Assembly (NCBI GenBank): GCA_963745025.1
Contig: CAVUWD010000010.1
Location: 93,794-157,793 of the forward strand
Source: an uncultured delta proteobacterium
Lineage (GTDB): Bacteria > Desulfobacterota > Binatia > JACPRU01
Length of the DNA stretch: 64,000 nucleotides
Direction of reading: 5' to 3'
Shown in pieces: positions 28,289 to 37,304 of this stretch. A program made the position numbers and the translations under genes. The first letter of the stretch is position 1; the number at the start of each line of letters is the position of its first letter. The notes below the pieces were generated by a model. The model saw nothing but the letters and a program-made list of their open reading frames with translations. It did no database searches and was not told where the DNA came from.

Positions 28289-29812
28289 ATGGTGAATCGT
28301 TCAGCAACGAGGACATTCGTCGTGACGGCACTCACCATGGCGCTCGCCGGCGGATCGTCCGCGCAGGTGTCCGATCCGGGCCGGCACAACCCACGGTCGC
28401 TCGATGACATCCTCCGTCAAGAGCTCGCCTGGGCGGGCTTCACGGGTCGCATCGAGGAGAGCCTGGAGAGCCGGCTCGGGCGCCCGATCGACACGCGCCT
28501 CGCGGACCTCGGGCGCCTCATCTTCTTCGACCAGCTGAACGGAATTTATGAGGACAACTCGTGCGCGGGTTGTCATGCGCCCATGAACGGGTTCGGCGAC
28601 ACGCAATCGATCGCGATCGGCGTGGGTAACAACGGTGTGGTCGGCCCGAACCGACATGGAGCGCGCAATCAGCGGAAGGCGCCGATCGTCATCAACAGCG
28701 GCTTCTATCCGAAACTCATGCTCAATGGTCGCTTCCAGTCTCTCTCGGAGGATCCCTTCGACAACTCACGGGGCTTCCAGTTCCCGCCCCCGGAAGGCAC
28801 GATCCGCTTCCCGACGAACGATCCGAACGTGCGCACACTGCTCGCTGCCCAGGGACACATCCCGCAAACCGAGCTGGTGGAGATGGCGGGCTTCACGGGA
28901 ACCGCCGGGACCATCGCGCCTCAGTTCGATGCCTTCGACGACGGCGAGGGCACGCCAGTGCCGCCGCCCGATGCCAGCGGGTTTCGCAACGAACCGATCC
29001 GCGACCTCGTGCTCGGGCGCTTCAATGGGGTGCAGGAGTACTTGGATCGATTCGGGGAGGCGTTCAACGGCGGCGCCCCGCTGCCGCGTGGCGGCATCAC
29101 GTTCGCGATGATCGGCAGTGCGCTCGCCGAGTTCGAGCTCTCGCTGACCTTTGCGGACGCGCCGATCGATCGGTTCGCGCGTGGCGAGAGCGACGCGCTC
29201 ACGTCACGAGAGAAGCAAGGCGCGGTCCTTTTCTTCGGCCGCGCAGGGTGCGTCGCGTGCCATGCCGTTGGCGGACGCTCGAACGAGATGTTCAGTGACT
29301 TCGAGAACCACGTGCTCGGCGTCCCGCAGATCGCGCCCCGCTTCGGCGTAGGCTCCGGCAACGTGGTGTTCGACGGGCCTGGGCAGGACGAGGACTTCGG
29401 CGCCGAGCAAATCACCGGCGACCCTGACGACCGGTACAAGTTCCGCACATCGCCGCTCCGCAACGTCGCGGTGCAGCCGGCCTTCTTCCACAACGGCGCG
29501 TTCACGCGCCTCGAGGACGCGATCCGCCACCACGCGAACGTGGTGCGGTCGGCGCGCACCTACGATCCCAGCGACGCAGGGGTCGACGCCGACCTCACGG
29601 AGCGCCGCGGTCCGACGAAGCCGGTCTTGCGGCGCCTCGATCCGCTGGTGGCGAAGCCCACCCCGCTTTCGCCGAGCGAGCTCGATGCACTGGTAGCATT
29701 CGTTCGCGATGGTCTGCTCGACCCACGAGCGCTCCCCGCGAACCTCTGCCGATTCGTGCCGCCTACAGTGCCGAGCGGCATACCCATCGCACGGTTCGAA
29801 GGCTGCGAGTAG
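28289..29812 (+). CDS. di-haem cytochrome c peroxidase / MauG-family protein
   Basis: Signal peptide, then two haem motifs (NSCAGCHAP and AGCVACHAV). FRTSPLRNVAVQPAFFHNGAF is typical of the CCP/MauG family. Confidence 0.85.
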   Translation: MVNRSATRTFVVTALTMALAGGSSAQVSDPGRHNPRSLDDILRQELAWAGFTGRIEESLESRLGRPIDTRLADLGRLIFFDQLNGIYEDNSCAGCHAPMNGFGDTQSIAIGVGNNGVVGPNRHGARNQRKAPIVINSGFYPKLMLNGRFQSLSEDPFDNSRGFQFPPPEGTIRFPTNDPNVRTLLAAQGHIPQTELVEMAGFTGTAGTIAPQFDAFDDGEGTPVPPPDASGFRNEPIRDLVLGRFNGVQEYLDRFGEAFNGGAPLPRGGITFAMIGSALAEFELSLTFADAPIDRFARGESDALTSREKQGAVLFFGRAGCVACHAVGGRSNEMFSDFENHVLGVPQIAPRFGVGSGNVVFDGPGQDEDFGAEQITGDPDDRYKFRTSPLRNVAVQPAFFHNGAFTRLEDAIRHHANVVRSARTYDPSDAGVDADLTERRGPTKPVLRRLDPLVAKPTPLSPSELDALVAFVRDGLLDPRALPANLCRFVPPTVPSGIPIARFEGCE

Positions 29813-29951
29813 CGGAGCCGGTCGGCGCCGCCATCGGCGGCTCACCTGGCATCGGCACCGCCGCGGGTGCGGCGAGCGTTGTGGTGTGGAGCCTCTTCTC
29901 GTCGATGGTCGGCTGGATGACCCCGTCGCAACCGAGCGACGCGCACATGAA

Positions 29952-30167
29952 TTACGCGAACATGTGCCCGAAGAACAGCAGCCACGGCGAACGAGGCGGC
30001 TTACCGGCGATCCGATTGGTGCCGTGCGCTTGGCTGCGACGCTTGGCTTCCTCGCTCGTGAGGCCGATCTCGCGGTCGGCGCCGAGTCGCTCTGCCGTCT
30101 CAGATTCGGAAAAGACCCACCATGCTGTCGATTGGGTACTCATCGCAGTTTGCTCAGTCCGGTTCAT
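29952..30167 (-). pseudogene. N-terminal fragment of a P-type cation-transporting ATPase (Cation_ATPase_N only)
   Basis: The 71-aa ORF ...ETAERLGADREIGLTSEEAKRRSQAHGTNRIAGKPPRSPWLLFFGHMFA* matches the conserved N-terminal domain of type II P-type ATPases and then stops. I could see no continuation in any frame. Confidence 0.55.
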
Positions 30168-30195
30168 GGAGGAATGTAGCCGGGAGAGGTTTCCG

Positions 30196-30804
30196 CTACG
30201 CCGCCTGGAGCGATAAAACCGCCCCGATGATCGTCACGGCTCCTGTGACGAGGAAGATGGTGGCCGCGCCGAACTTGATGAGTCGCTCCGGTAGCTGCGC
30301 CCCAACGACTCGGCCCACTACGATCGCTAGCCCATCGGCAACCACCATGCCGAGCGTGCTGCCCAGCCATACGCTGACGAAGCTGTGGTGCTGGCTCGCC
30401 AAAGTGACTGTCATCAGCATCGTCTTGTCGCCCAGTTCTGCGAGAAAGAAGGTCGTGCCGACGGTCATCAACGGTCCCCAGCGCCGCTCGGTCAAATGGT
30501 CGTCATCGCTCAGCTCGTCGCCCCGCAGCGTCCATAGCCCGAACGCGATGAACGCCACCCCTGCAAGAACGTGTACCCAAAAGACGGGAATGGTGAGCCC
30601 AACGATCTCGCCGAGGCCAACCGAGAACAGATGCACGAGCAGGGTAGCCACGAGCACTCCCAGCAGTACGGTCTGTGTTGTGTAACGGGTGGCGAACGCC
30701 AACGCGACGAGTTGCGTCTTGTCTCCCATCTCTGCAGCGAACACAAAGAACAGGGACAATAGAAACGGATCGCCTACCGTCGAGCTGAAGAGAGCGTCTG
30801 ACAT
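30196..30804 (-). CDS. GDT1/TMEM165 (UPF0016) family Mn2+/Ca2+ transporter
   Basis: Two copies of the E-x-G-D-K-T motif (AAEMGDKTQLV and LAELGDKTMLM) sit in a two-fold 3-TM architecture. A GAAGGAGG Shine-Dalgarno is present. Confidence 0.88.
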   Translation of the reverse strand: MSDALFSSTVGDPFLLSLFFVFAAEMGDKTQLVALAFATRYTTQTVLLGVLVATLLVHLFSVGLGEIVGLTIPVFWVHVLAGVAFIAFGLWTLRGDELSDDDHLTERRWGPLMTVGTTFFLAELGDKTMLMTVTLASQHHSFVSVWLGSTLGMVVADGLAIVVGRVVGAQLPERLIKFGAATIFLVTGAVTIIGAVLSLQAA

Positions 30805-31152
30805 TCCGGCCTCCTTCTAGCCCGGCCGGAACGTTGGAAGGAGAGAAGCAGACGACGTTCGGCCAGGCACGATTCCTGGTCCGAAGGTCTCGTTCGCCTC
30901 GCCGCGGAGGTGGGGGACCGGGCCTCTCGAACGGTCGCACGTCTCCGAATCAGATCCCGGTAGTGGAGATGGTGCTGTCGTTTTTCGCGTGAGGGTGCGC
31001 AACCTGGCGAGCCGCATCCTGGCGCGCGCGGCACGAGAGCTCGCGGGGGTGTGGTGTCCACGGGGCGGCCGCGCGCTTGTTCCGGCGAGATGCCGACGGC
31101 ACATTTGGGAGGTCTTGAACACAGGCGATTCGATGTCTACGTTTTCGGATGA

Positions 31153-31644
31153 GTGTGGACGAAACCAATGCAAGCAGAAATCCAAATCGAACCGGCTCGA
31201 GAATCCCACAAACAAAAAGTCCTTGACCTCCTCAAGGCTCAAATGGCCGAGCATCATATCGAGATTGCGCCCGAACGAATTCTCAGAGCAATCGAAGGGT
31301 ATCTCAATCACCCAGATCTTGGCTTTATTCTCATCGCGCGCCGCCAAAAAGAAATAGTCGGCGTGGCCTGCGTGTCATTGATCTGGACCATTGAACATGG
31401 TGGAAAATCCAGTTGGTTAGAAGAGCTGTATGTCTCGCCAGAAGCCCGAGGCACGGGAACTGGAAGTCAACTTCTCAATGAAGTGATCAAACGAGCTCGG
31501 CAGCTTGAATGTGATGCCATCGATTTAGAAGTCGAATCAGATCATCAAAGAGCGCAGGCTCTTTATCAACGCGCGGGCTTTCGAAAACACACGCGTACGC
31601 GTTGGGTGAAATCACTATGGACTTCCCCCGGCGATTCGGCATAG
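31153..31644 (+). CDS. GNAT-family N-acetyltransferase on a low-G+C patch
   Basis: The acetyl-CoA site reads LYVSPEARGTGTGSQLLNEVIKRAR...RAQALYQRAGF. An alternative start is MQAEIQ at 31168. Line 31201-31260 has 28/60 G+C, against 45/60 in a typical hemN line. Confidence 0.8.
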   Translation: MWTKPMQAEIQIEPARESHKQKVLDLLKAQMAEHHIEIAPERILRAIEGYLNHPDLGFILIARRQKEIVGVACVSLIWTIEHGGKSSWLEELYVSPEARGTGTGSQLLNEVIKRARQLECDAIDLEVESDHQRAQALYQRAGFRKHTRTRWVKSLWTSPGDSA

Positions 31645-31922
31645 CCCCGGCCTTCACGCCAAGCGAACGCCGTGCTCACCGGCCGATCGGGCAGTGCGGC
31701 GCCTCGCCGACGCTCGCGCGTCGAGAGGTGCGCGCGAGGGGCTGTCGGCGCGAGACGCTGCCGACGACGGCGTACAGGCGATCTGCCCCTGCGAGCCCCT
31801 TCCGCGCGACCTCGCGGCCCCGCCGCCAAGGCGGATGTCGCCGCGATCCGCGAGGCGGAGTTCGACTGCCACCTGGAAAAGCTCTCGGCCGAGGACTATC
31901 GTGATCCGGGAGTTTCGCCGTC

Positions 31923-33344
31923 ATGAGCCGGAAAAACGAAGCACTGGAGATCCACTGCGGCGAGGAGAGCGTCCGCTTCTCGCCGGAGCTGCTCGACAAG
32001 TACAACGTTCCCGGGCCGCGCTACACGAGCTATCCAACCGCTCCGGAGTGGCGCACGGATTTCGGCCCGGCCGAGATGCGCTCCGCGCTCGAGCAGTCCA
32101 ACGGCGCGACGAGCCCGCGGCCCCTCTCGCTGTACATGCATCTGCCGTTCTGCGAGAACCTTTGCCTTTACTGCGGCTGCAACACGGTCATTAGTCGCGA
32201 CCACGGCGTGGCGATCCCCTACCTCGCGGATCTCGAGCGAGAGATCGAGCGGTTCGCGGAGCGGCTCGATCCCGGGCGAGCGGTCGAGCAGTTTCACTGG
32301 GGAGGCGGAACGCCGACCTATCTGTCTCCGCAGCAGATGGAGGATCTCTTCGGCGCGGCGCGGAGTCGGTTCCGCTTCGACCCGAACGCGGAGATCGGCG
32401 TCGAGGTCGACCCGCGCGTCACGACCTCCGAGCACATCTCACGGCTTCGGCGTCTCGGCTTCAACCGCCTCTCGCTGGGGATCCAGGACTTCGATCCGCT
32501 CGTGCAGAGCACGGTCCGCAGGGTTCAGCCCTTCGAAGCGACGAACGAGCTTTTCCAGCAGAGCCGCGGTGAAGGCTTCGAGTCGATCAACGTCGACCTC
32601 ATCTACGGTCTTCCGCATCAGACGGTGGACTTGTTCACGCGGACGCTCGACCGGGTGATCGAGATGAGCCCCGACCGCATCGCGATGTACAGCTACGCGC
32701 ACGTTCCCTGGCTGAAGAAGCAGCAGGCGGCCTTCGCGCGCTTCATCCCGGAGGGAAGGGCGAAATTCGAGTTGTTCGCGGCCGGGCTCCGGCAGCTGAC
32801 CTCCGCCGGCTATCGCTTCATCGGCTTCGACCACTTCGCGCGTCCGACGGACGAGCTCTGCGTCGCCCAGGAAGAGCGCACGCTCGCGCGCAACTTCCAG
32901 GGCTACACGACGCATTCCGGCTGCGATCTGCTCGGACTCGGGGTGAGCGCGATCAGCGGGATCGGGCGCGTGTATGCCCAGAACTTCCGGGATCTGGCCT
33001 CGTACACGCGGCGGATCGGAGGCGGCGACCTCGCGACCATGCGCGGCATCCGCCTGACCGACGACGACGTCCTTCGCCGCGAGGTGATCCTGCGCATCCT
33101 CTGCCACGGTCGCTTGCGAGCGCGTGAAATCGAAAGTGAATTCGGGATCGACTTCGAGCGCTATTTCGCGGACGAGTCGTCGCGGCTCGAGGACCTGGAG
33201 CGGGATGGCCTGATCGAGCGGCGTCCCGGCGAGATCTCGGTCACGCTCCTCGGGCGCATCTTCCTGCGCGTCGTCGGCATGGTCTTCGACGCCTATCTCC
33301 GCCGTCGCGAGGGCGATGCCCCGCTCTTCTCGAAGACCGTGTAG
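31923..33344 (+). CDS. hemN: oxygen-independent coproporphyrinogen III oxidase (radical SAM)
   Basis: YNVPGPRYTSYPTA is present, the radical SAM cluster is HLPFCENLCLYCGC, and the full length is 473 aa. Confidence 0.92.
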   Translation: MSRKNEALEIHCGEESVRFSPELLDKYNVPGPRYTSYPTAPEWRTDFGPAEMRSALEQSNGATSPRPLSLYMHLPFCENLCLYCGCNTVISRDHGVAIPYLADLEREIERFAERLDPGRAVEQFHWGGGTPTYLSPQQMEDLFGAARSRFRFDPNAEIGVEVDPRVTTSEHISRLRRLGFNRLSLGIQDFDPLVQSTVRRVQPFEATNELFQQSRGEGFESINVDLIYGLPHQTVDLFTRTLDRVIEMSPDRIAMYSYAHVPWLKKQQAAFARFIPEGRAKFELFAAGLRQLTSAGYRFIGFDHFARPTDELCVAQEERTLARNFQGYTTHSGCDLLGLGVSAISGIGRVYAQNFRDLASYTRRIGGGDLATMRGIRLTDDDVLRREVILRILCHGRLRAREIESEFGIDFERYFADESSRLEDLERDGLIERRPGEISVTLLGRIFLRVVGMVFDAYLRRREGDAPLFSKTV

Positions 33345-33429
33345 CACCCGCAAAGACACGAGCCCTGGTTCGCATTCCGGGGCGCACGACGTTTCCATCG
33401 CCGCGGACATCGGCTATGGGCTGGCGACC

Positions 33430-34158
33430 ATGGCAGAAACCGTCATCGAAGCGATTCGTCTCGGTCGCGGCTTCGGGTCCGTGCGGGCGCTCGGTGAGCT
33501 CGACTTGGTGGTCCACGCCGGAGAGAGCCTCGCGATCTTCGGCCCGAACGGCGCCGGCAAGACGACCCTTCTCAAGCTTCTCGCCACGGTGCTCACGCCG
33601 ACCGAGGGGTCGCTGCGGCTTTTCGGCGAGCGAGAGCTGCGGCCGGAGATCCGCCGGCGCATCGGCATGCTCAGCCACGGGAGCTTCCTCTACGGCGATC
33701 TCACGGCGGCCGAGAACCTGCACTTTTACGCGGCCCTGTTCGGCATCGGGAACCCCGCGCAGAGGGTCGAGGAGATGCTCGCCGAGGTCCGCCTGACGGC
33801 ATGGCGAGATCGCCCGGTCCGCACCTTCTCGCGCGGCATGGAACAGCGGCTGGCGCTCGCGCGAGCCTTCCTTCACGCCCCCGACCTCCTGCTCCTCGAC
33901 GAGCCCTTCTCCGGCCTCGATCCGCAGGCCGTCCTCCACCTGCAGGAGATCCTGACGCGCGCCCACCGCCAGGGAAGGACGATCGTGCTCACGACCCACG
34001 ACATCGAGAACGGGCTCGAGGTCTGTGATCGCGCGGTGATCCTCTGCGGCGGACGCATGGTCTGGCACTCGGGACGGTCCGTCCCCGCGCCGCGCGAGAT
34101 GGCGAAGATCTACCAGCGCGAGGCCGGCGAGCCGCAGGTCGGAGCCGAGACGCGCTGA
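33430..34158 (+). CDS. ccmA: haem-exporter ABC ATPase CcmA-like
   Basis: Walker A is GPNGAGKTT, there is a degenerate signature FSRGMEQRLALARA, and Walker B is LLLDEPFSGLD. ccmB and ccmC follow directly. Confidence 0.8.
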   Translation: MAETVIEAIRLGRGFGSVRALGELDLVVHAGESLAIFGPNGAGKTTLLKLLATVLTPTEGSLRLFGERELRPEIRRRIGMLSHGSFLYGDLTAAENLHFYAALFGIGNPAQRVEEMLAEVRLTAWRDRPVRTFSRGMEQRLALARAFLHAPDLLLLDEPFSGLDPQAVLHLQEILTRAHRQGRTIVLTTHDIENGLEVCDRAVILCGGRMVWHSGRSVPAPREMAKIYQREAGEPQVGAETR

Positions 34159-34163
34159 CCGCG

Positions 34164-34817
34164 ATGCTCGCCATCCTCGCCAAAGACCTGCGGATCGAGC
34201 TCCGCACCCGCGAAGGGGTGAGCTCGCTCGCCGTGCTCGGCCTCCTCGTGCTGCTGGTCTTTCAGTTCGCCTTTCCGGAGCGCCCCACGCCCGAGGCGGC
34301 CGCGGCGGCGCTCTGGCTCGCCTTCGTCCTGGCCGGGACCATCGGCGCACAGCGCACGTTCCTGCTCGAGCGCGAGAACGCCTGCATGCACGGGCTGGTG
34401 ACCGCTCCGCTCGATCCCGCCATGATCTTTGTCGCCAAGATGCTCGGCAACGTGGTGATCCTCACCGTGCTCCAGTTCCTCGTGGTGCCGTTGAGCGTGG
34501 TCTTCTTCAATGTCACGCCGACGGGTCATCTAGGCTGGTTGGCCGTGGTCTGTTTCCTCGGCAACGTCGGCTTCTCCGCGGTGACGACGCTGTTTGCCGC
34601 GATCTCGGTGCGGATCCGGGCCCGCGAGGTGATGTTGCCGCTGCTCGTCCTGCCGCTCGTCTCGCCGCTCTTGATCGCGGCCGTCAAGGCTTCGGCGCGC
34701 TTGCTCGGCGACGGCTCGGTGGCCGAGGTCTCGGTCTGGATCCAGGTGCTGGCCGCGTTCGACGTGATCTTCGCCGCCAGCGGCTGGCTCTTGTTCGAGT
34801 ACGTGGTTCGGGAATAG
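34164..34817 (+). CDS. ccmB: haem exporter membrane protein CcmB
   Basis: The 217-aa product has 6 TM helices and begins MLAILAKDLRIELRTREG... It sits between ccmA and ccmC. Confidence 0.8.
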   Translation: MLAILAKDLRIELRTREGVSSLAVLGLLVLLVFQFAFPERPTPEAAAAALWLAFVLAGTIGAQRTFLLERENACMHGLVTAPLDPAMIFVAKMLGNVVILTVLQFLVVPLSVVFFNVTPTGHLGWLAVVCFLGNVGFSAVTTLFAAISVRIRAREVMLPLLVLPLVSPLLIAAVKASARLLGDGSVAEVSVWIQVLAAFDVIFAASGWLLFEYVVRE

Positions 34818-34830
34818 AAGCGGAGGGGCG

Positions 34831-35526
34831 ATGAAACGACTTGGCTCGTGGACGGAGCGGTTGCTCCCCTTGCTCGTCGGCCCGGGAATGCTCGGTTCCC
34901 TCTACCTGATCTTCATGGTGGTGCCGACCGAGCGGGTGCAGGGGATCGTCCAGCGGATCTTCTACTTCCATGTTCCGGCGGCCTGGGCCGCCTTTCTCGG
35001 ATTCTTCGTCGTCGCGATCGCCGGCAGCCTCTTCCTGTGGAGCGGTCGCGCCGCCTACGACCGTGTCGCCCGTGCCGCAGCCGAGATCGGCATGATCTTC
35101 TGCACTCTGGTGCTCCTCACCGGCCCGATCTGGGCGCGACCGATCTGGGGGGCGTGGTGGACCTGGGATCCACGCCTCACCATGACGATGATCCTGTGGA
35201 CGATCTACGCCTCCTACCTTCTCCTGCGCGCCTTCGGCGGCGCCGAGGAGGCGGTGGCGCGCTACGCCGCCGTGCTCGGCATCGTCGGGGCGCTCGACAT
35301 CCCGCTGATCATGATCTCGGTGCGGCTGTGGCGCGGCATCCACCCGTCCGTGATCACTGCCCGTCCCGGCGAGGGGGGGCTCGCCGACCCGAGCATGCGC
35401 TTCACGCTCCTCTTCACGGGCCTCTGCTTCGTGCTTCTATTCGTTTGGATGCTGCTCGTCCGGCTGCGGGCGCTGCACGTCGAGGACGAAATCGAGGCCG
35501 TTCACCGCCGGATCCATCCCGCCTGA
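34831..35526 (+). CDS. ccmC: haem lyase/exporter subunit CcmC
   Basis: The Trp-rich motif WGAWWTWDPRL is present, with conserved His residues in the flanking loops. Confidence 0.9.
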   Translation: MKRLGSWTERLLPLLVGPGMLGSLYLIFMVVPTERVQGIVQRIFYFHVPAAWAAFLGFFVVAIAGSLFLWSGRAAYDRVARAAAEIGMIFCTLVLLTGPIWARPIWGAWWTWDPRLTMTMILWTIYASYLLLRAFGGAEEAVARYAAVLGIVGALDIPLIMISVRLWRGIHPSVITARPGEGGLADPSMRFTLLFTGLCFVLLFVWMLLVRLRALHVEDEIEAVHRRIHPA

Positions 35527-35536
35527 GGCGACCTGC

Positions 35537-35686
35537 ATGGAAAACTTCCCGTATCTCTTCTCGGCTTACGCGATCGTGTGGATCGTGCTCTTCGTCTACC
35601 TCTTCTCCCTGGATCGCCGCGGTCGCCGGGCCGAGCACGATCTCGAAGAGCTCCGTAAGCTCTTGCGCGCGAAGGAAGCGAAGTGA
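35537..35686 (+). CDS. ccmD: CcmD-like small membrane protein (49 aa)
   Basis: My own translation is MENFPYLFSAYAIVWIVLFVYLFSLDRRGRRAEHDLEELRKLLRAKEAK*. It has a single TM helix plus a basic tail and starts 10 nt after ccmC. It is below the ORF-track size cut-off. Confidence 0.6.
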   Translation: MENFPYLFSAYAIVWIVLFVYLFSLDRRGRRAEHDLEELRKLLRAKEAK

Positions 35687-35773
35687 AGCCGGTGCCGGTC
35701 GCCCCCACCCGCCGGCCCTCGCCGATTCGCGCCTCGATGCCGGGCTGATCGCCGAGCGGTTCGCTCGAGCCGC

Positions 35774-37165
35774 TCAGCCCGCCGGATCGAGCCCCCCTGC
35801 TCTGCGAGGCTCCTGGGCTTCGCCCCGAGCGTGCTGCTTCGCAAGCGCGCGCCCGGCTTCGATCAGCGCGGGCACGCCGATCCCTCGCAGGTAGTTCCCG
35901 AGCAGATGCAAGCCGGGGATGCGCGCGAGCGCGAGATCGACCGCGTCGAGGCGCGCGGGATGGGCCAGGTCGTAGCGCGGCAGAACCGAGCGATAGCGAA
36001 GCACGCGCGACCAGGGCGGGTCGCCGGACAGGCCGAGCAGCGGGAAGACTTCGCGCTCCACGATGGCGAGAATCTCCGGGTCGGACATCTCGGCCACTTC
36101 CGGATGCCGTGCGCCGCCGAGCAGGGTCCTCAGGAGCACCGTGCCGCGAGGCGCGCAGTCGGGATCGATGGAGGAGGAGAACAGCGTGCCGAGATGGAGG
36201 CGCTTCTCGCGCGAGGGGACGAGATAGCCGAAGCCGTCGAGCGGGTGCGCGACGCGCTCGCGCGGCCAAGCGTGGATCACGCAGGCGAGGCTCTCGAAGG
36301 AGATCGTCGCCAGCTCGCGCGATGCCTCCGGGCTCGCTTCACCGAGCAGCTCGGCCGCCGCTCGCGCGGACGTGGCGACGACCACGCGTGCGCAGTCGAA
36401 GAGCTCGCCGCCGGCGATCACGCGGAAGCGGGCGCCCTGTCTCCGCAGCGACTCCACCGGCGTCGAGAGCCTCAAGCGCGGCAGGAGGCTCTCGGCGAGC
36501 GCGCGCGTCAGCGATCCCATGCCTCCGCGCGGCTTGCACAAGGTCGGCGCGGCAGACGCGGCGCGGTCGCGCTTTCTCTTGAACAACGCCTTGGTGACGC
36601 TCCCGTGATCCTCGACCATCCGCGCGAGGTCAGGGAACGTCGCCCGCAGCGAGAGCTGCTCCGGGTCGCCCGCCCAGACGCCGCTGACGAACGGGTCGAG
36701 CAGCGATTCCACGACCTCTTGTCCGAAGCGGTGGCGCACGAACTCCGCCAGCGAGCCGCCGAGCGCGACCCGCGGGTCGCGGCGGAACTCCCCGAGAATC
36801 CGCAGTTTGCCACCCCAGGAGAGCAGCGGGCTCGACAAGAAGGAGAGCGGCGAGAGCGCGACCAGGTGTCCTCGATGGCAAAGAAAGCGCTTGTGCGCAC
36901 CGCGCGGAGCCGGCACGAGCTCGAGGGCGAGCTCCGAGAAGAGCGCCACGACCTCGGGCGATCCCGACCGCAGCGCTTCGGGCCCGCGCTCGTAGCGCAG
37001 CTCGCCCCCCGCGCCGTCCCAGACGCCCCGCTCGGTGCGAACCCAGCCGCCGGTCGAGTCGGAGGCTTCGACCACCGCGAGGTCGGCATCGGGGCCTCGC
37101 GCGTGCGCGTAGGCGAGGCCCGAGATCCCCGCGCCGATCACCAGCGTGTCGAGCGAGCGGCTCAT
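35774..37165 (-). CDS. hemY: protoporphyrinogen/coproporphyrinogen oxidase, FAD-dependent (HemY type)
   Basis: MSRSLDTLVIGAGISGLAYA is followed by ...VEASDSTGGWV..., ...FDCARVVVATSA... and ...LHLLGNYLRGIGVPALIEAG. The start at 37163-37165 is in frame with the 657-aa track ORF, whose upstream part is Arg-rich. Confidence 0.85.
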   Translation of the reverse strand: MSRSLDTLVIGAGISGLAYAHARGPDADLAVVEASDSTGGWVRTERGVWDGAGGELRYERGPEALRSGSPEVVALFSELALELVPAPRGAHKRFLCHRGHLVALSPLSFLSSPLLSWGGKLRILGEFRRDPRVALGGSLAEFVRHRFGQEVVESLLDPFVSGVWAGDPEQLSLRATFPDLARMVEDHGSVTKALFKRKRDRAASAAPTLCKPRGGMGSLTRALAESLLPRLRLSTPVESLRRQGARFRVIAGGELFDCARVVVATSARAAAELLGEASPEASRELATISFESLACVIHAWPRERVAHPLDGFGYLVPSREKRLHLGTLFSSSIDPDCAPRGTVLLRTLLGGARHPEVAEMSDPEILAIVEREVFPLLGLSGDPPWSRVLRYRSVLPRYDLAHPARLDAVDLALARIPGLHLLGNYLRGIGVPALIEAGRALAKQHARGEAQEPRRAGGLDPAG

Positions 37166-37304
37166 ACGGGGGCCTCGCGCGCGCACACCGCGCGATGCTC
37201 GGCGAGGTGCCGGCCGGCTTGCCGCATGAGCCGGACGGGAGTTCGCGGAACCAGCTCGCGGCGCAGCGCCCGCAGGAGCAATCGACCGGGAGCGGTCGGG
37301 TGGA

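Noticed and set aside
30805-31000. Possible yybP-ykoY (Mn2+) riboswitch upstream of the GDT1-family transporter.
   Set aside because: I read the minus-strand leader and could not find the conserved GGGGAGUAG or UUGACAUA-type elements. Only a Shine-Dalgarno sequence (GAAGGAGG) is evident.
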